DNA of 64,000 nt from Eledone cirrhosa (GCA_964016885.1 OZ024750.1:27714001-27778000), one strand, 5' to 3'; counted from the stretch's first letter, positions 1 to 14,654 are shown. Notes: generated by a model from the sequence alone, not told the origin. Program-made: numbers and translations.

Positions 1-150
1 GGTAATATCCGTAGTGGTAGAGCACTCAGTCCATGGGACGAGTTAGGTAGAAGTGGTAACACAACAGTTAGTTCACCATACCGAGAACAATTGTTTCACC
101 TTAGCGGATCTTCAGCTCGGACAGATCATGATTATACGGAATAGGAAGGT
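1..150 (-). mobile_element. Hammerhead-bearing Penelope-like pLTR/retrozyme fragment, family A
   Basis: Similar to 3541-3765, 3884-4052, 20345-20490 and 22236-22436; contains a hammerhead at 81-120 and the ACTCGTCCCATGGACTGAGTGCT hairpin on the minus strand. Confidence 0.7.
81..120 (-). ncRNA. Minimal type I hammerhead ribozyme
   Basis: Minus strand reads CCGAG CTGAAGA TCCGCTAAGGT GAAA CAATTG TT CTCGG: helix I CCGAG/CTCGG, CUGANGA and GAAA core, palindromic helix III, UU cleavage site. Confidence 0.8.
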
Positions 151-164
151 TCTTCCACTTCTCC

Positions 165-678
<514 letters not shown>

Positions 679-836
679 GACAATAAGTATTGCAGCTTTT
701 CGTAAACATTATTACATAAATTATTACATATTACAAATTGTTTCCATATCAATCACCTCGGGTTTGATCATGGATGGTGTATATGTGAATGAGTGCCTGT
801 GTACATACACAGGCACTCATTCACATATACACCATC

Positions 837-881
<45 letters not shown>

Positions 882-1009
882 TTGTATATCGTTCCATGTC
901 TCTGTGTGTTGTCATATGTATTTGACTTTGTAGGTTTGTTATAGTCTATGAGGGATTAGATATAGTTGATATATGGGATTGTGTTGATAAATTTATTGGA
1001 GGAAATAGC

Positions 1010-1226
1010 GGTTTCTTAAATAGGCACAAGGCCAGCAATTTTGGGGGGAGAGGAAATTCGATCAAATCGACCCCAGCGCGTGACTGGTACTTTATTTTAT
1101 CGACCCCGTAAGGATGAAAGGCAAAGTTAACCTCGGCCGGATTTGAACTCAGATCATAAAGGGCCGTAAATCTATACTGAAAATCATGGCGTCCGACCCT
1201 CTACCGATACTGCCAATCCACCGACC
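1010..1226 (-). mobile_element. tRNA-derived SINE (SINE1, long subtype)
   Basis: Minus strand has A-box TGGCAGTATCGG, B-box GAGTTCAAATCC and core GCCTTTCATCCTTACGGGGTCGATAAAAT; about 28 copies in the window. Confidence 0.9.
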
Positions 1227-1290
1227 TCTATTTGAGGAAATAGTAAATATTATTGAGAATATTTTGTGTAGCTCTGTGTATAACGTGGTG

Positions 1291-1680
1291 TATGTATATA
1301 TATGTATATATATATGTATGTATCTATGTAGGTATGTATGTATGTATGTATGTATGTATGTATGTATGTATGTATGTATGTATGTATGTATGTATGTATG
1401 TATGTATGTATGTATGTTTGTGTGTATGTATGTATGTTGTTCTGGTTTTATAAATTTTTGTCAATATATATATGTATGTATATAGGTATGTATGTATCTG
1501 TGTATGTATGTTTGTGTGTATGTATGTATGTTTGTGTGTATGTATGTGTGTATGTTTGTGTGTATGTATGTATGCATGTATGTATGTATGTTTCTATGTG
1601 TCCGCGTATATACATACACATGCACCCACGTATATACACATATACATATACATACATATGTACATGTGCACATACATATT
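1291..1680. repeat. (TATG)n microsatellite and derivatives
   Basis: Direct reading. Confidence 0.95.
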
Positions 1681-1684
1681 TACA

Positions 1685-2071
1685 CACTTTCGGATGGCCG
1701 TTGACTCATGAGTTCTTCCGCCCTTTGTCATAGAAATAGTCGGGCTGGAAACCCGATCGTGCGGTTAAACCCCTGGGAGTGAAGGATCCCTAGCCTTTGT
1801 CAGGGCATTCTTCTAGGAGAAGGTAACTCAGGAAACTGGGATAACTCCTATATAAAACCTGCGGCTCAGTAGTTACCGATGATGTTGATCTTTTCTTATT
1901 TTCGGGTTATAGCTACTGTCGCTCAGAGAGTGGGATTGGCTCAGTGCACAGTCTTTCCCCACTTTAAAAGAATCTTCACGCACAGGCATTGCACGATAGA
2001 ATTAATTAATAATTATTAATAATGTTATATCGTGCAATGGCCATACTCGATAACGAGGGGGCAGCCATCAT
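1685..2071 (+). mobile_element. Non-autonomous RTE-derived element, subtype B (rearranged 5' part)
   Basis: Near-identical to 29000-29337; TCTAGGAGAAGG RTE 5'UTR-like motif and 3' hairpin ACTCGATAACGAG. Confidence 0.7.
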
Positions 2072-2314
2072 GTATGTATGCATGTGAAGGCGCGCGGCTT
2101 TGTGGTTAGTGTGTTCGGCTCACAAACGTAAGGGGGTGAGTTCGATTCATATATATATATATATATATATATATTAAGAGGATGTGGTAAAATACCAGGT
2201 GGACCATAACGCACCAAAGTACTCAATACTTAGGATAGTAGAGTGGGTAATAGGAATCTAGCTTTTGAAACAGCCGGAGCTCAGCCGTCGGGGTCATGAT
2301 TCTCTTACTATATA

Positions 2315-2498
2315 CTTTCATCAAATCGGACCGAGGAAACAATGTTTCCATTGGTCTTTCCAGTTGCTAATATTATCTATCGGTCGCAACTCCAAGTAGG
2401 AGGAGCAACGTGATGTAAAGTATCTTGCTCAAGGACATAACGCATCGCCCGATACAGGAATCGAACTCACAACCTCATGATTGCGAATCCAATTCTCT
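2315..2498 (-). mobile_element. tRNA/CORE-type SINE (SINE2)
   Basis: Reverse complement matches 8902-9120. Confidence 0.8.
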
Positions 2499-3106
2499 AT
2501 ACACACACACACACACATGGGTGTGTATATATATATATATATATACACACACACATGGGTGTGTGAACGTTTGTTTGTGTGTGTGAAAATCTATTTATGA
2601 GTCAGCAGTGGAAGAGTAAGTGAATGAGTAAGAGGAAGAGAGTTGTAAAGATCTCGTGGATTTATCATTTATCGTCTGCCAGTGCTCATCTCATTGCAGG
2701 TGTTATGTTGTGGCCCGTTCGGACGGTCGTTTCCTACCATATCTCCACCTCTCTCTCTCTTACTCTTTCTCACTCTTTCTCTCACTCAATCTCTCTTTCC
2801 CTCTCGTTATCCCCCCTCCCCTCTGTCTCTCTTTCGCTCTCTTACTCTCTCACTCTCTTCTAACTATTTCTCTTTCTTTCTCTGTGTGTGTGTGTGTGAG
2901 TGCTGATACATGTCTATAATGAAATGTGAAATACGGGTGTAAGAGGCGCTGGTGACCATCTGTGTCAATAGAGGTAACATATGTCACAGTGGTGCTGAAC
3001 AAGGCCGGGAATTGTTGCAGGTGTGATATATATATCAATACAAACACATAAACACTCATACGCACACACACACATACACACACACGCATGCGCACACACA
3101 CACACA

Positions 3107-3173
<67 letters not shown>

Positions 3174-3188
3174 AGGTGTATGCTTGAT

Positions 3189-3287
3189 TAAAAACTCTGA
3201 TGAACAGATAACATTGATGCTGGAGTCGGGTATATAACACAAATAGGAACCTTGAACCAAACATCTGTGAAACACTTCGTCATTTTA
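3189..3287 (+). ncRNA. Hammerhead ribozyme motif with large helix II loop
   Basis: CTGATGA ACAGAT [loop] ATCTGT GAAA CACTTCG TC ATTTT; helix I is weak (AAAA/TTTT); embedded in (TA)n. Confidence 0.6.
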
Positions 3288-3298
3288 TTCTTCATATA

Positions 3299-3345
<47 letters not shown>

Positions 3346-3392
3346 GTATATGTATATACATATATATATGTATATATATATATGTGTATATG

Positions 3393-3437
<45 letters not shown>

Positions 3438-3438
3438 G

Positions 3439-3502
<64 letters not shown>

Positions 3503-3506
3503 CATA

Positions 3507-4052
<546 letters not shown>

Positions 4053-4114
4053 AAGAAGTAAGTGATATAGTCACTATTTTAAAATTGATAGCGTATGGTC
4101 TTCTAAATGTATGG

Positions 4115-4156
4115 TCTTCTGATGAACGCCAACCAGCATGAAACAGACTGTCAGCC
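4115..4156 (+). ncRNA. Minimal hammerhead ribozyme
   Basis: CTGATGA ACGC CAACCA GCAT GAAA CAGACTG TC AGCC; the paralog at 4432 supplies the GGCT helix I strand and GCGT. Confidence 0.7.
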
Positions 4157-4431
4157 TCTCTCCCTTCTTTCGCCGAAAAGAAGTTAGTGACATAGTCACT
4201 ACTTTAAAACTGATAGCGTATAGTCTTCTAAATGATTTTATTTAAACATACGTTATATTGCTAAATATACTATACATACATCCATGTATACATACATTCA
4301 TGTATACATCGCTATTTCAGAGCACCAATCCTAATACCTAAGTTTTGCTGAACCGGCAATCGCCCTGATTATTACTGGAATTCTATAAGAATCCACCTTC
4401 TATAATTTTCGGCAGAAGCAGCGGAGTGCGT

Positions 4432-4473
4432 GGCTTTGATGAACGGCAACCAGCGTGAAACGGACTGTCAGTT
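4432..4473 (+). ncRNA. Minimal hammerhead ribozyme (first core C changed to T)
   Basis: GGCT TTGATGA ACGG CAACCA GCGT GAAA CGGACTG TC AGTT; direct repeat of 4115-4156. Confidence 0.6.
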
Positions 4474-4599
4474 TCTCTCCATTCTTTCACCGAAAAGAAG
4501 TAAGTGGCATAGTCACTACTTTAAAACTGATAGCGAATGGTCTTCTAAATGTTTATAATTAAACATACGGTATATAGCCAAATATACTATACATACATT

Positions 4600-4681
<82 letters not shown>

Positions 4682-4850
4682 TGTCGGCCGCTCTCTGTTG
4701 TTTTTATATGTGCGTATATATATACGCACATTAATATATATATATATATATATACACATATAAATGTGTGTGTGTGTGTGTACTGGTCAACGACGTAAAC
4801 ACTACGAGAAACCAGTAACATATTAAAAAAATAGAATAATACATTTAACG

Positions 4851-4919
4851 CTATCTGATGACAACATGCCAGAGGGTTATTATGTAACCACTCTGATATC
4901 TTCGAAATGCGTATAATAG
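4851..4919 (+). ncRNA. Type I hammerhead ribozyme
   Basis: CTAT CTGATGA ..CAGAG GGTTA ttatg TAACC A CTCTG.. GAAA TGCGTA TA ATAG. Confidence 0.7.
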
Positions 4920-5002
4920 AATTATGTAAGATGTACAAATAAAACCGTCTCTTTTATTCATTATAATTCTCTCTCTATATATATATATATCATGCATCAT
5001 CT

Positions 5003-5069
5003 TGTTTTATCTGATGAGGACGTACTGTTAAAGTTAGCTCAGTACCTCTGAAATATGTATAATAAAATA
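5003..5069 (+). ncRNA. Type I hammerhead ribozyme
   Basis: TGTTTTAT CTGATGA GGACGTACTG [loop] CAGTACCTCT GAAA TATGTA TA ATAAAATA; followed by tail ACTCC..GAGTGCT at 5124-5152. Confidence 0.75.
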
Positions 5070-5297
5070 TACTTGATTACAATGAAGTTCTATTTTTGTT
5101 AATATTTTGAATTAATATTAATAACTCCGGTAAACCAAATCTGTTGAGTGCTTCCAATCTATTGTAAAAATAATTCTTTGATTTATTCATTGAACCTTGT
5201 TTAACCTTTAAATATATATATATATATATATAATTGGATACTTAGTAAAATCGAATCTCTGGAGGTTTGCAAGCAAATTCTGTCTACTATATGAAAT

Positions 5298-5687
5298 AAT
5301 TGTTTCTATTTTAGGCACAAGGCCAGCAAATACCCAGTACATTACTGGTACTTTATTTTATCGACCCTGTAAGGATGAAAGGCAAAGTTAACCTCGGCGG
5401 GATTTGAACTCAGATCATAAAGGGGCGTGACTCTATGCTTCAAAGCATGGTGTCCGACTCTCTACCGATACTGCCAATCCACCGCCCTACTATATGAAAT
5501 AATTGTTTCTACTTTTGGCACAAGGCCAGCAATTACCCAGTACATTACTGGTACTTTATTTTATCGACCCCGTAAGGATGAAAAGCAAAGTTAACCTCGG
5601 CGGGATTTGAACTCAGACTGTAAAGGGACGTAACTATGCTAGAAAGCATGGCGTCCAACCCTCTACTGATACTGCCAATTCACCGCT
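5298..5687 (-). mobile_element. Two tandem SINE1 copies sharing a triplicated TSD CTATATGAAATAAT
   Basis: A/B boxes and core present in both copies; TSD seen at about 5287, 5490 and 5690. Confidence 0.9.
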
Positions 5688-5836
5688 CTCTATATGAAAT
5701 AATGAGTTAGCAAAGCACCCGATAAGGTAGGCCCTTAGGGCAATAACATACGTTTAAATAGCTTGACAAATCGAACATTGTGGTAGGCAAAATCTAACAC
5801 AATATACCAAAGTAACGAAAGAACTAACAGGTTGTG

Positions 5837-5887
<51 letters not shown>

Positions 5888-5927
5888 GATATTAAACAAA
5901 TGGAAACTATATTTATAAAACCATATT

Positions 5928-5993
5928 TATTTCGTTATATATATTTCTGGGATATCATATTAAAAATATGTTATGCCTTCCTCAGACAAAATA
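5928..5993 (-). ncRNA. Type I hammerhead ribozyme (family C, inverted arm)
   Basis: Exact reverse complement of 6135-6200. Confidence 0.7.
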
Positions 5994-6134
5994 CAATACA
6001 TAAGCTGTTTTATAAATAATTAGTGACATACCTTTTGAGAATGCAACTTCCTTTTAAAAAATCAACTTTTTTAAAAGGAAGTTGCATTCTCAAAAGGTAT
6101 GTCACTAATTATTTATAAAACAGCTTATGTATTG

Positions 6135-6200
6135 TATTTTGTCTGAGGAAGGCATAACATATTTTTAATATGATATCCCAGAAATATATATAACGAAATA
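6135..6200 (+). ncRNA. Type I hammerhead ribozyme (family C)
   Basis: TATTTTGT CTGAGGA ..CATATT ttt AATATG.. GAAA TATATA TA ACGAAATA. Confidence 0.75.
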
Positions 6201-6328
6201 AATATGGTTTTATAAATATAGTTTCCATTTGTTTAATATCGTAAACCTACTCCAGAAACTGTCGAGTGCTTTTATATCAGTTATAAAATATTTACTCGTT
6301 GTAACCCAACAATCTTAAATAAAACTTT

Positions 6329-6366
<38 letters not shown>

Positions 6367-6585
6367 TATCTACACACAGTATATAAGTATGTACCTACTC
6401 TAGGATGACCGTTGACTCTCTCTTTCGCGGGTTTTATTTTTCCTCTCGCACGGTGTCACAAAATAACACTTCCTTACCAAACAAGTTCACTTCTATATTA
6501 ATTTTTTAGCAGCTATTGAAGGCAACTTGTTCTAACATGTGGTAATTTTTATGACGTAAACGATAAAAATCAATGTGTTGATGGT

Positions 6586-7280
6586 ACTACTACTACTGAT
6601 GATGATGATGATGATGATGGTGATGACGGTGATGATGGTGGTGATGATGATGATGGTGGTGGTAATGATGATGGCTTTAAGAAAGATAGGTTTGAGTAGG
6701 GTGAAGATGAGTAAATGGAGACAGAGGGGTGTATTTTGTGGGGGTGAGGAGGAGTTGAAGGAGGAGAAGTGTACCCGGAGAGGGGAGAGTGAAGAAAGAG
6801 GTGGGAGAGGCAGGAGAAGTAAGCATTGGGAGGGGAGGAGAAGTGAATCCTGAGAGCGTAGAATGAAGGTGGTGGTGGTGGTGGTGGTGGTGTTGGTGGT
6901 GGTGGTGGTGGTAGTGGTGAGGTGGTGGTGGTGGTCGGTTCTGCAGGAGAAGTGAACCCTGATAGGGTAGAGTGAAGGTGGTGGTGGTGGTTGTGGCTGG
7001 GGTGGTGGTGGTAGTGGTGGTGGTGGTGGTGGTCGGTTCTGCAGAAGAAGTGAACCCTGAGAGGGTAGAGTGAAGGTGGTGGTGGTGGTGGTGGTGTTGG
7101 TAGTGGTTGTGGTGGTAGTGGTGGTAGTGGTGGTCGGTTCTGAGAGCGTAGAATGAAGGTGGTGGTGGTGGTGGTGGTGGTGGTATTGGCGGCGGTGGTG
7201 ATTGTGGTGATGGTGGTGGTGGTGGTAGTGGTGGTGGCGGGTTCTGCAGGAGAAGTGAACCCTAAGAACGTAGAGGGAAG
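6586..7280. repeat. Composite repeat: (GAT)n/(GGT)n tracts interleaved with a roughly 40-bp unit CGGTTCTGCAGGAGAAGTGAACCCTGAGAGGGTAGAGTGAAG
   Basis: The unit recurs about 5 times between 6835 and 7280. Confidence 0.8.
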
Positions 7281-7779
7281 ATGGGGGATGGCGGTTTGAG
7301 AGGTGAGTGTTATAGAAGGAGTGAAATTGGAGAGATAGTAAACAGTAAACAAAATTGGGTGGGGAAAAGGAAAAATGTAAAGAATGAGAAAAATGAAACG
7401 ATAAGCAAGGTGGTAAATAAACAAATATGTAAATATATATAGGGAGAGGATTTTAGTGTGAAAGCTGGTCATCTGAAAAAGTGCTGACGTCAATTCCATC
7501 TGAAGCTTCGTCATACGTCATATAATCGGCCATTTTATAGCTTTTTAACCCTATCTACTCTTATCACATGTTTCACTTTGTCTCTATGGCTGTTTGTTTC
7601 GCTTGTTCGTCTCTCTATCACTCAGTCTGACTGCCTGCCTGCCTGTCTGTCTCTCTACCAGTCTGTCGGCCTGTCTCTCTGTTTGTTTGTTTGTTTGTTT
7701 GCCCATCTATCAGTCTATCTGTGTGTCACTTTGCTTGTAAGTTCCTTAATTTGTGTATTCCCGTGTTTATCTTGCGAAA

Positions 7780-7834
<55 letters not shown>

Positions 7835-7901
7835 GTATATATATGTATGTATATATATATATGTATATATATATATATGTATATATATGTATGTATATAT
7901 G

Positions 7902-7932
<31 letters not shown>

Positions 7933-7955
7933 GTATATATATGTATGTATATATG

Positions 7956-8004
<49 letters not shown>

Positions 8005-8038
8005 GTATGTATATATGTATATATATATATATATATAT

Positions 8039-9120
<1,082 letters not shown>

Positions 9121-9624
9121 ATATATATATGTATGAATGTATGTATGTGTGAATGCATATATATAAAGCACGAATTAGAATGTATTAGACATGTATGATA
9201 CAATCGTTTCTCTGGCGACCAGCTCGAGGTACGATCAAACAACACAAATCGCCCTCAAATCACACTTTACTGTCTTACATAATGTAATGTTACACTAGAC
9301 GTACTGGGTTAATAGCAAACAGGACATTTAAGGACGAAACACTTTCGATCATATGTCTGTAATATTCCTAATGAACTGAGACTAACCAACAACATTGTTG
9401 GTTCATTTTATATGCATTTCCGGTGAAGAAAAAACTTATATTTATTTTGATTTTTCTTTTGATTTCTCTATATTGATTTTTTAAAAGATAGCATATAGTT
9501 CTAATCCCTTGCTTTATTACCGACCAATCAATCAATCAATAAAATAAGTAAGCAAATATGAAAACATTAACATTGAAGTACAAATAAGTAAATTGTACAG
9601 TATCATAGACTCCGAGTTTTGACT

Positions 9625-10045
9625 TGTACGGATCACAACACTGAGCCATTGCTGGAATATTGACATCTGATCTACGGATCTCAACATTGAGTCATTATTG
9701 GAATATTGACATCTGATCTACGGATCTCAACATTGAGTCATTATTGGAATATTGACATCTGATCTACGGATCTCAACATTGAGTCATTATTGGAATATTG
9801 ACATCTGATCTACGGATCTCAACATTGAGTCATTATTGGAATATTGACATCTGATCTACGGATCACAACATTGAGTCATTATTGGAATATTGACATCTGA
9901 TCTACGGATCTCAACATTGAGTCATTATTGGAATATTGACATCTGATCTAGGGATCACAACATTGAGCGATTGTTGGAATATCAATATCTGATCTAGGGT
10001 TCAGAACCTTGAGCCATTGTTTTAATATCAATTTATTATCAACGG
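9625..10045. repeat. 46-bp minisatellite, about 9 copies
   Basis: Unit CTACGGATCTCAACATTGAGTCATTATTGGAATATTGACATCTGAT; period 46 (9671, 9717 and onward). Confidence 0.9.
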
Positions 10046-10048
10046 ACC

Positions 10049-10108
<60 letters not shown>

Positions 10109-10242
10109 GGAATACTGTTGGCTTCTTGCTACAATAATTTCTATACTTTTCATTTATATATGTATATATATATATATATATATAATATATATATATATAA
10201 TATATATATATATAATATATATATATAATATATATATATAAT

Positions 10243-10276
<34 letters not shown>

Positions 10277-10866
10277 AGGGATGTTACTTTGTCACATTCT
10301 AAATAAAAAAACAACAACAGACAGTCTCATCTATTTTAAAGACATAGGAAGGTCATAAGCATAACCCCTATAAGAAGTTCCCTTTTATTTAGTCCATTGT
10401 TGAATAAACACATTTGTTACAGTGACACGTGGTCTTTTGGTAAATTTTGGCGCCTAAACCATGAAAGAAATTGGATTTGTTTGTTTAATACATCTACATA
10501 GATTCTCCTTCTACATAGATTCTCCCTCTCAACTGATTTTCTCTGCCCCTTTAACATATACCCATATACACACATACACATATACTCATACACATTCACA
10601 CATACTCATATACATACACATATACACATGCATACCCATCCACATACATACCTACACAGATAGACATATACACACTCACACATATACGTATATATATATA
10701 TATACAATTCTTTCTGTGTATTTATACATACATGTATATATACATATATATATATATGTGTGTGTGTGTGAGTGTATGTGTGTGAGAGTGTGTTCGTGAC
10801 TACACAGTCCTAGGCACGCCCATTACAACTTCAGTAGTCGTTGACTGTTTTTTGTTCGACTCCCCT

Positions 10867-10904
<38 letters not shown>

Positions 10905-11634
10905 ATATTTTGTTCAATGGGCGGCTGCTCGGCAAGTTAATAAAATATGAAAAGGATAAATGTGTTCATGTGATGTCATCTTACGAACATGTAAAATAGT
11001 TGTTTTATATTGCCGTAAAATAAAAAAGTAAAATGGATCTCTGTCAGTTTCGACGATGATTGATGAGGTGTTTGATCCAATGTGCACCCTACTCACAGGT
11101 CCGAAATAATGGGGTGGGGGTGGAAAATCGATAATTTTTCTAGATTGACCCTTGACTTTTTAAAAAAAACAGAATTAGTCGTTTAGTTTACATATTGAGA
11201 CATATTGGGGATTTCTAGTAATTTACTTTTTTGTCATGTATAATGTTTTTTAACGTCTAAAAAAAAAATAATTGTCATAGGAATGCTACCAATTAAAATA
11301 AAATATCGCTGGAGATAGCTTAGCAAAATATAATAAGCGGGTGAGGGTTTGGGGCGGGTTGGGGGTTTGGGGCGGTTTGGGGTTGTATTAACAGTGGTTG
11401 GGGTAGGGGGCTTTATTCGAGTCTCGAGAATACCTAGATATTCACCTGACACCTGTGTACTCGCAAATACAGTTAATTCGACACGTTTTCGTAGTTTCCC
11501 TCTACCCATCATCAGGAAATATATATATTTAATGCTCTTACACCACTACGCAGGTTGTTGTGATATGACCACAGCTTAAATTATTCCCAGAAAGACTACA
11601 TGTATGGTTATTATACATAAACATGTCGTTAGGT

Positions 11635-11690
<56 letters not shown>

Positions 11691-11867
11691 GACGTGAACA
11701 TTTTAGTAAGTAAGTTAATTTTTAATTTTTAAAATTTTCTTATTTTACGTCTTTCATATAATTGTTCTGCATCCCCCTGCATAGAACCACCTAGGTACTA
11801 TGACATAACTTATGTATTTGCTAGCATTAGTGTACATCTGTACGCATATGTTGGTAAATATACTAAT

Positions 11868-12187
<320 letters not shown>

Positions 12188-12205
12188 ATATATATATATA
12201 TATAT

Positions 12206-12590
12206 ATAAATTAATAAAATAATGAATAAACAAAGAAACAGTTCCTTATATTAAAAAAATTCATCATTTTACGATCGTTTCTAGGATATATATGTGTTAG
12301 AGTTGGTATGCATATTCTATAGATCTATGTACAATATTTATACAAACTATCAGAGGGAATATACATACCTACACATATATATGCTGTCTTCAGATGATGA
12401 ATTTTTTTAATATAAGGAACTGTTTCTTTGTTTATTCATTATTTTATTAATTTATCTTGACTCTGTTTTCCGTTTATTTTTCACCGAAAGTAGTTTTTGA
12501 ATGCATCTTCTCTTTTCATGATATCCGGATTACATTGAGTTCTTCATACGGATTGGACACTACCGTAAACTTTTGGTAGATTTATCTACA
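12206..12590. mobile_element. Family D fold-back element
   Basis: Inverted arms 12206-12267 and 12393-12456 enclose a minus-strand hammerhead; the tail is shared with 30190-30325, 48190-48345 and 16510-16597. Confidence 0.8.
12261..12400 (-). ncRNA. Type I hammerhead ribozyme with extended helix II (family D)
   Basis: Minus strand reads TCATCAT CTGAAGA CAGCATATATATGTGT [loop] ACACATATATATCCTA GAAA CGATCG TA AAATGATGA. Confidence 0.7.
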
Positions 12591-12697
12591 TATATATATA
12601 TATATATATATATATGACTGACAAGAGAACATGCCCAGTGTATGCGCTATTGAAACTCCAGAGAAACAAGATTTATTATTTATCCATAATATATGTG

Positions 12698-12787
<90 letters not shown>

Positions 12788-13312
12788 ATGGAAAAAACAG
12801 ACAGAGGTACAAAAAGTCTTATTAGTTTCACGCTTTATATTGGAAAAAGAAAGAAAGTTCAGCGTTTCGGACTTAAACCCTTCTTTAGGAATACAAATAG
12901 AATTATATATATATATATATATATATTCTCTTTGCGGGTGATGGTCAATTCTATTGTCCAAGCATAATTTAGGGGTAGTATTGAGATCTATTGAAACTCA
13001 TACGCTCCCACCCCCACTAGGTTTCGGCCAACTGCCACTGACAGGGCGACTAGCAGTAAACTACAACCGTGTCATATTACACACCTGGATGGGGTGATTG
13101 TTTGGTTGAGAGGGGGACCTGCCTAGGCGGGTTTCGTAGAACTTTGGTGTATTTGAAGATCAACTTCCTTCGGACTTGCGCCTGCGCAGACCGGTGGGGG
13201 TGAATTGGGACTCACGAGGGAACGGGCGAAGGATTCAAGAACACACGCTTTGTCCGTTCCCCTGTCGATTCAATTTGGATTGCCTCGGAAACATAACCTT
13301 GTTATGTAAGAA

Positions 13313-13382
13313 GCTGCCTGATGATGTCACAGCACTGAGTACACCGAGTGGCCACTGTCGTCATTGAAATATGTATCACAGC
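13313..13382 (+). ncRNA. Type I hammerhead ribozyme
   Basis: GCTGC CTGATGA TGTC ACAG CACT..AGTG..CTGT CGTCATT GAAA TATGTA TC ACAGC. Confidence 0.7.
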
Positions 13383-13496
13383 ATAACATCTGAAACTACT
13401 TCGCTTTTTCTTATTCTATATATATATATAGGGGACTAAACTCTGTGAGTGAACACCGTTAATTTTCTCCCCCATATCAAGGATTTGAAGACAATT

Positions 13497-13583
13497 CATT
13501 TTCACCTGACGATATCAGTGATAATCGATCATGGCTACACGATCGATCTATCTCTTATTGAAACATGTGTCGTGATTAAAATG
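13497..13583 (+). ncRNA. Type I hammerhead ribozyme
   Basis: CATTTTCAC CTGACGA ..ATCGATC [loop] GATCGAT.. GAAA CATGTG TC GTGATTAAAATG; downstream ACTCC (13630) and GGAGTACT (13689). Confidence 0.7.
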
Positions 13584-13762
13584 ATTGGAAATTTATACCA
13601 TGCCTTCGGATATTTATTTTGATACAAATACTCCGTTTTACATCATCTAGCTGTTCCCAGAAATGAAATTGGATATATACAAAAGCGTGGAGTACTTAAT
13701 ATTGCTAACAAGAATTTATTGGACCGTTTTAACACAACCAATAATACACCTTACTGTATAAC

Positions 13763-13803
<41 letters not shown>

Positions 13804-14093
13804 AAAGTATGTCCATAGAATAATTTGACAAAATATATACATTATTTCCTCTGCAATCACCATAATCGACCACACAAAAAAACAATTAAACAAGGCTATA
13901 AGATTAAAAGGCACCTATAAAGAAATAATAGATAAATAAACGACAGCTATCTATCCGCGATCAACAGCTGTAGAATATTTACCCATAATTTCTAATAGCA
14001 CGTGGAAATCGATTAAATATATCGTCAACCATACACAATTAGGTATAAAACCAAAGTTAAAAGAAAAAATGTATATAAGCATACCAAAATTAT

Positions 14094-14176
14094 GTTTCTA
14101 CCCCATGAGGTTTCATTCGCTTTTTGGAAATATCCGATCAAGGATAAATTCACGAGTTTCGAAATCATCAGGAAAC
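14094..14176 (-). ncRNA. Type I hammerhead ribozyme
   Basis: Minus strand reads GTTTC CTGATGA TTTCG [loop] CGAAT GAAA CCTCATGGGG TA GAAAC. Confidence 0.7.
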
Positions 14177-14654
14177 AAACTCACTTGGACGAAGATATTT
14201 CTATATATATATACACACACCATAAACACATACGTATATACCTGTGTGTAACTTCAATTAAAGTATTCCCATTTCTGGCGAAGGGATTCTTTTATAGTCA
14301 ATCTTCAAGATATCCTTTCTTTCTCTCTCTCAGACGACTAGTAATTTCTACACTGTAATAAATAGTGCCATGGAATTTCTGGGCAGTCTCCAAAAGAACA
14401 TAAAGGTGATTCTATAGGACAGGTTCGTCATAAAATATAGTTCAATGGTATATATGGCGTGTTAGAAATCAACACCATCTTTGCCTATTAACATTATTCA
14501 GTGCGAAACGTCAACAGATCTGGCTTTGACAATAGAATATTGTAATCTGAGAACTTATTTCTAGACTCTTCCGTATTTCCAAACCGTGACTAATTAGGGT
14601 TTTACTTAATAATTTGACTTATAATAGATTTGAAATTAAATTTATATCTATCAA

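Larger units (their letters stand above)
5885..6331. mobile_element. Family C fold-back element: about 176-bp perfect inverted arms plus tail, with a hammerhead on each arm
   Basis: Arms 5885-6060 and 6067-6243, spacer ATCAAC; flanked by (TA)n; homologs at 23075-23425 and 29800-30149. Confidence 0.85.

Noticed and set aside
6570-7514. 314-aa Pro/Thr/His-rich ORF
   Set aside because: It is generated by (GGT)n/(GAT)n repeats, with no domain or splice support
9625-10045. CRISPR-like appearance of the 46-bp array (also the 100-bp array at 52083)
   Set aside because: The units are contiguous with no unique spacers, there are no cas genes, and the context is eukaryotic
12515-12560. SECIS element in the family D tail
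   Set aside because: ATGA and a stem are present, but there is no apical AA or correctly placed GA quartet
12850-12895. Minus-strand hammerhead-like CTAAAGA AGGG TTTAAG TCC GAAA CGCTG
   Set aside because: Both the core and the cleavage triplet are altered; too degenerate to call
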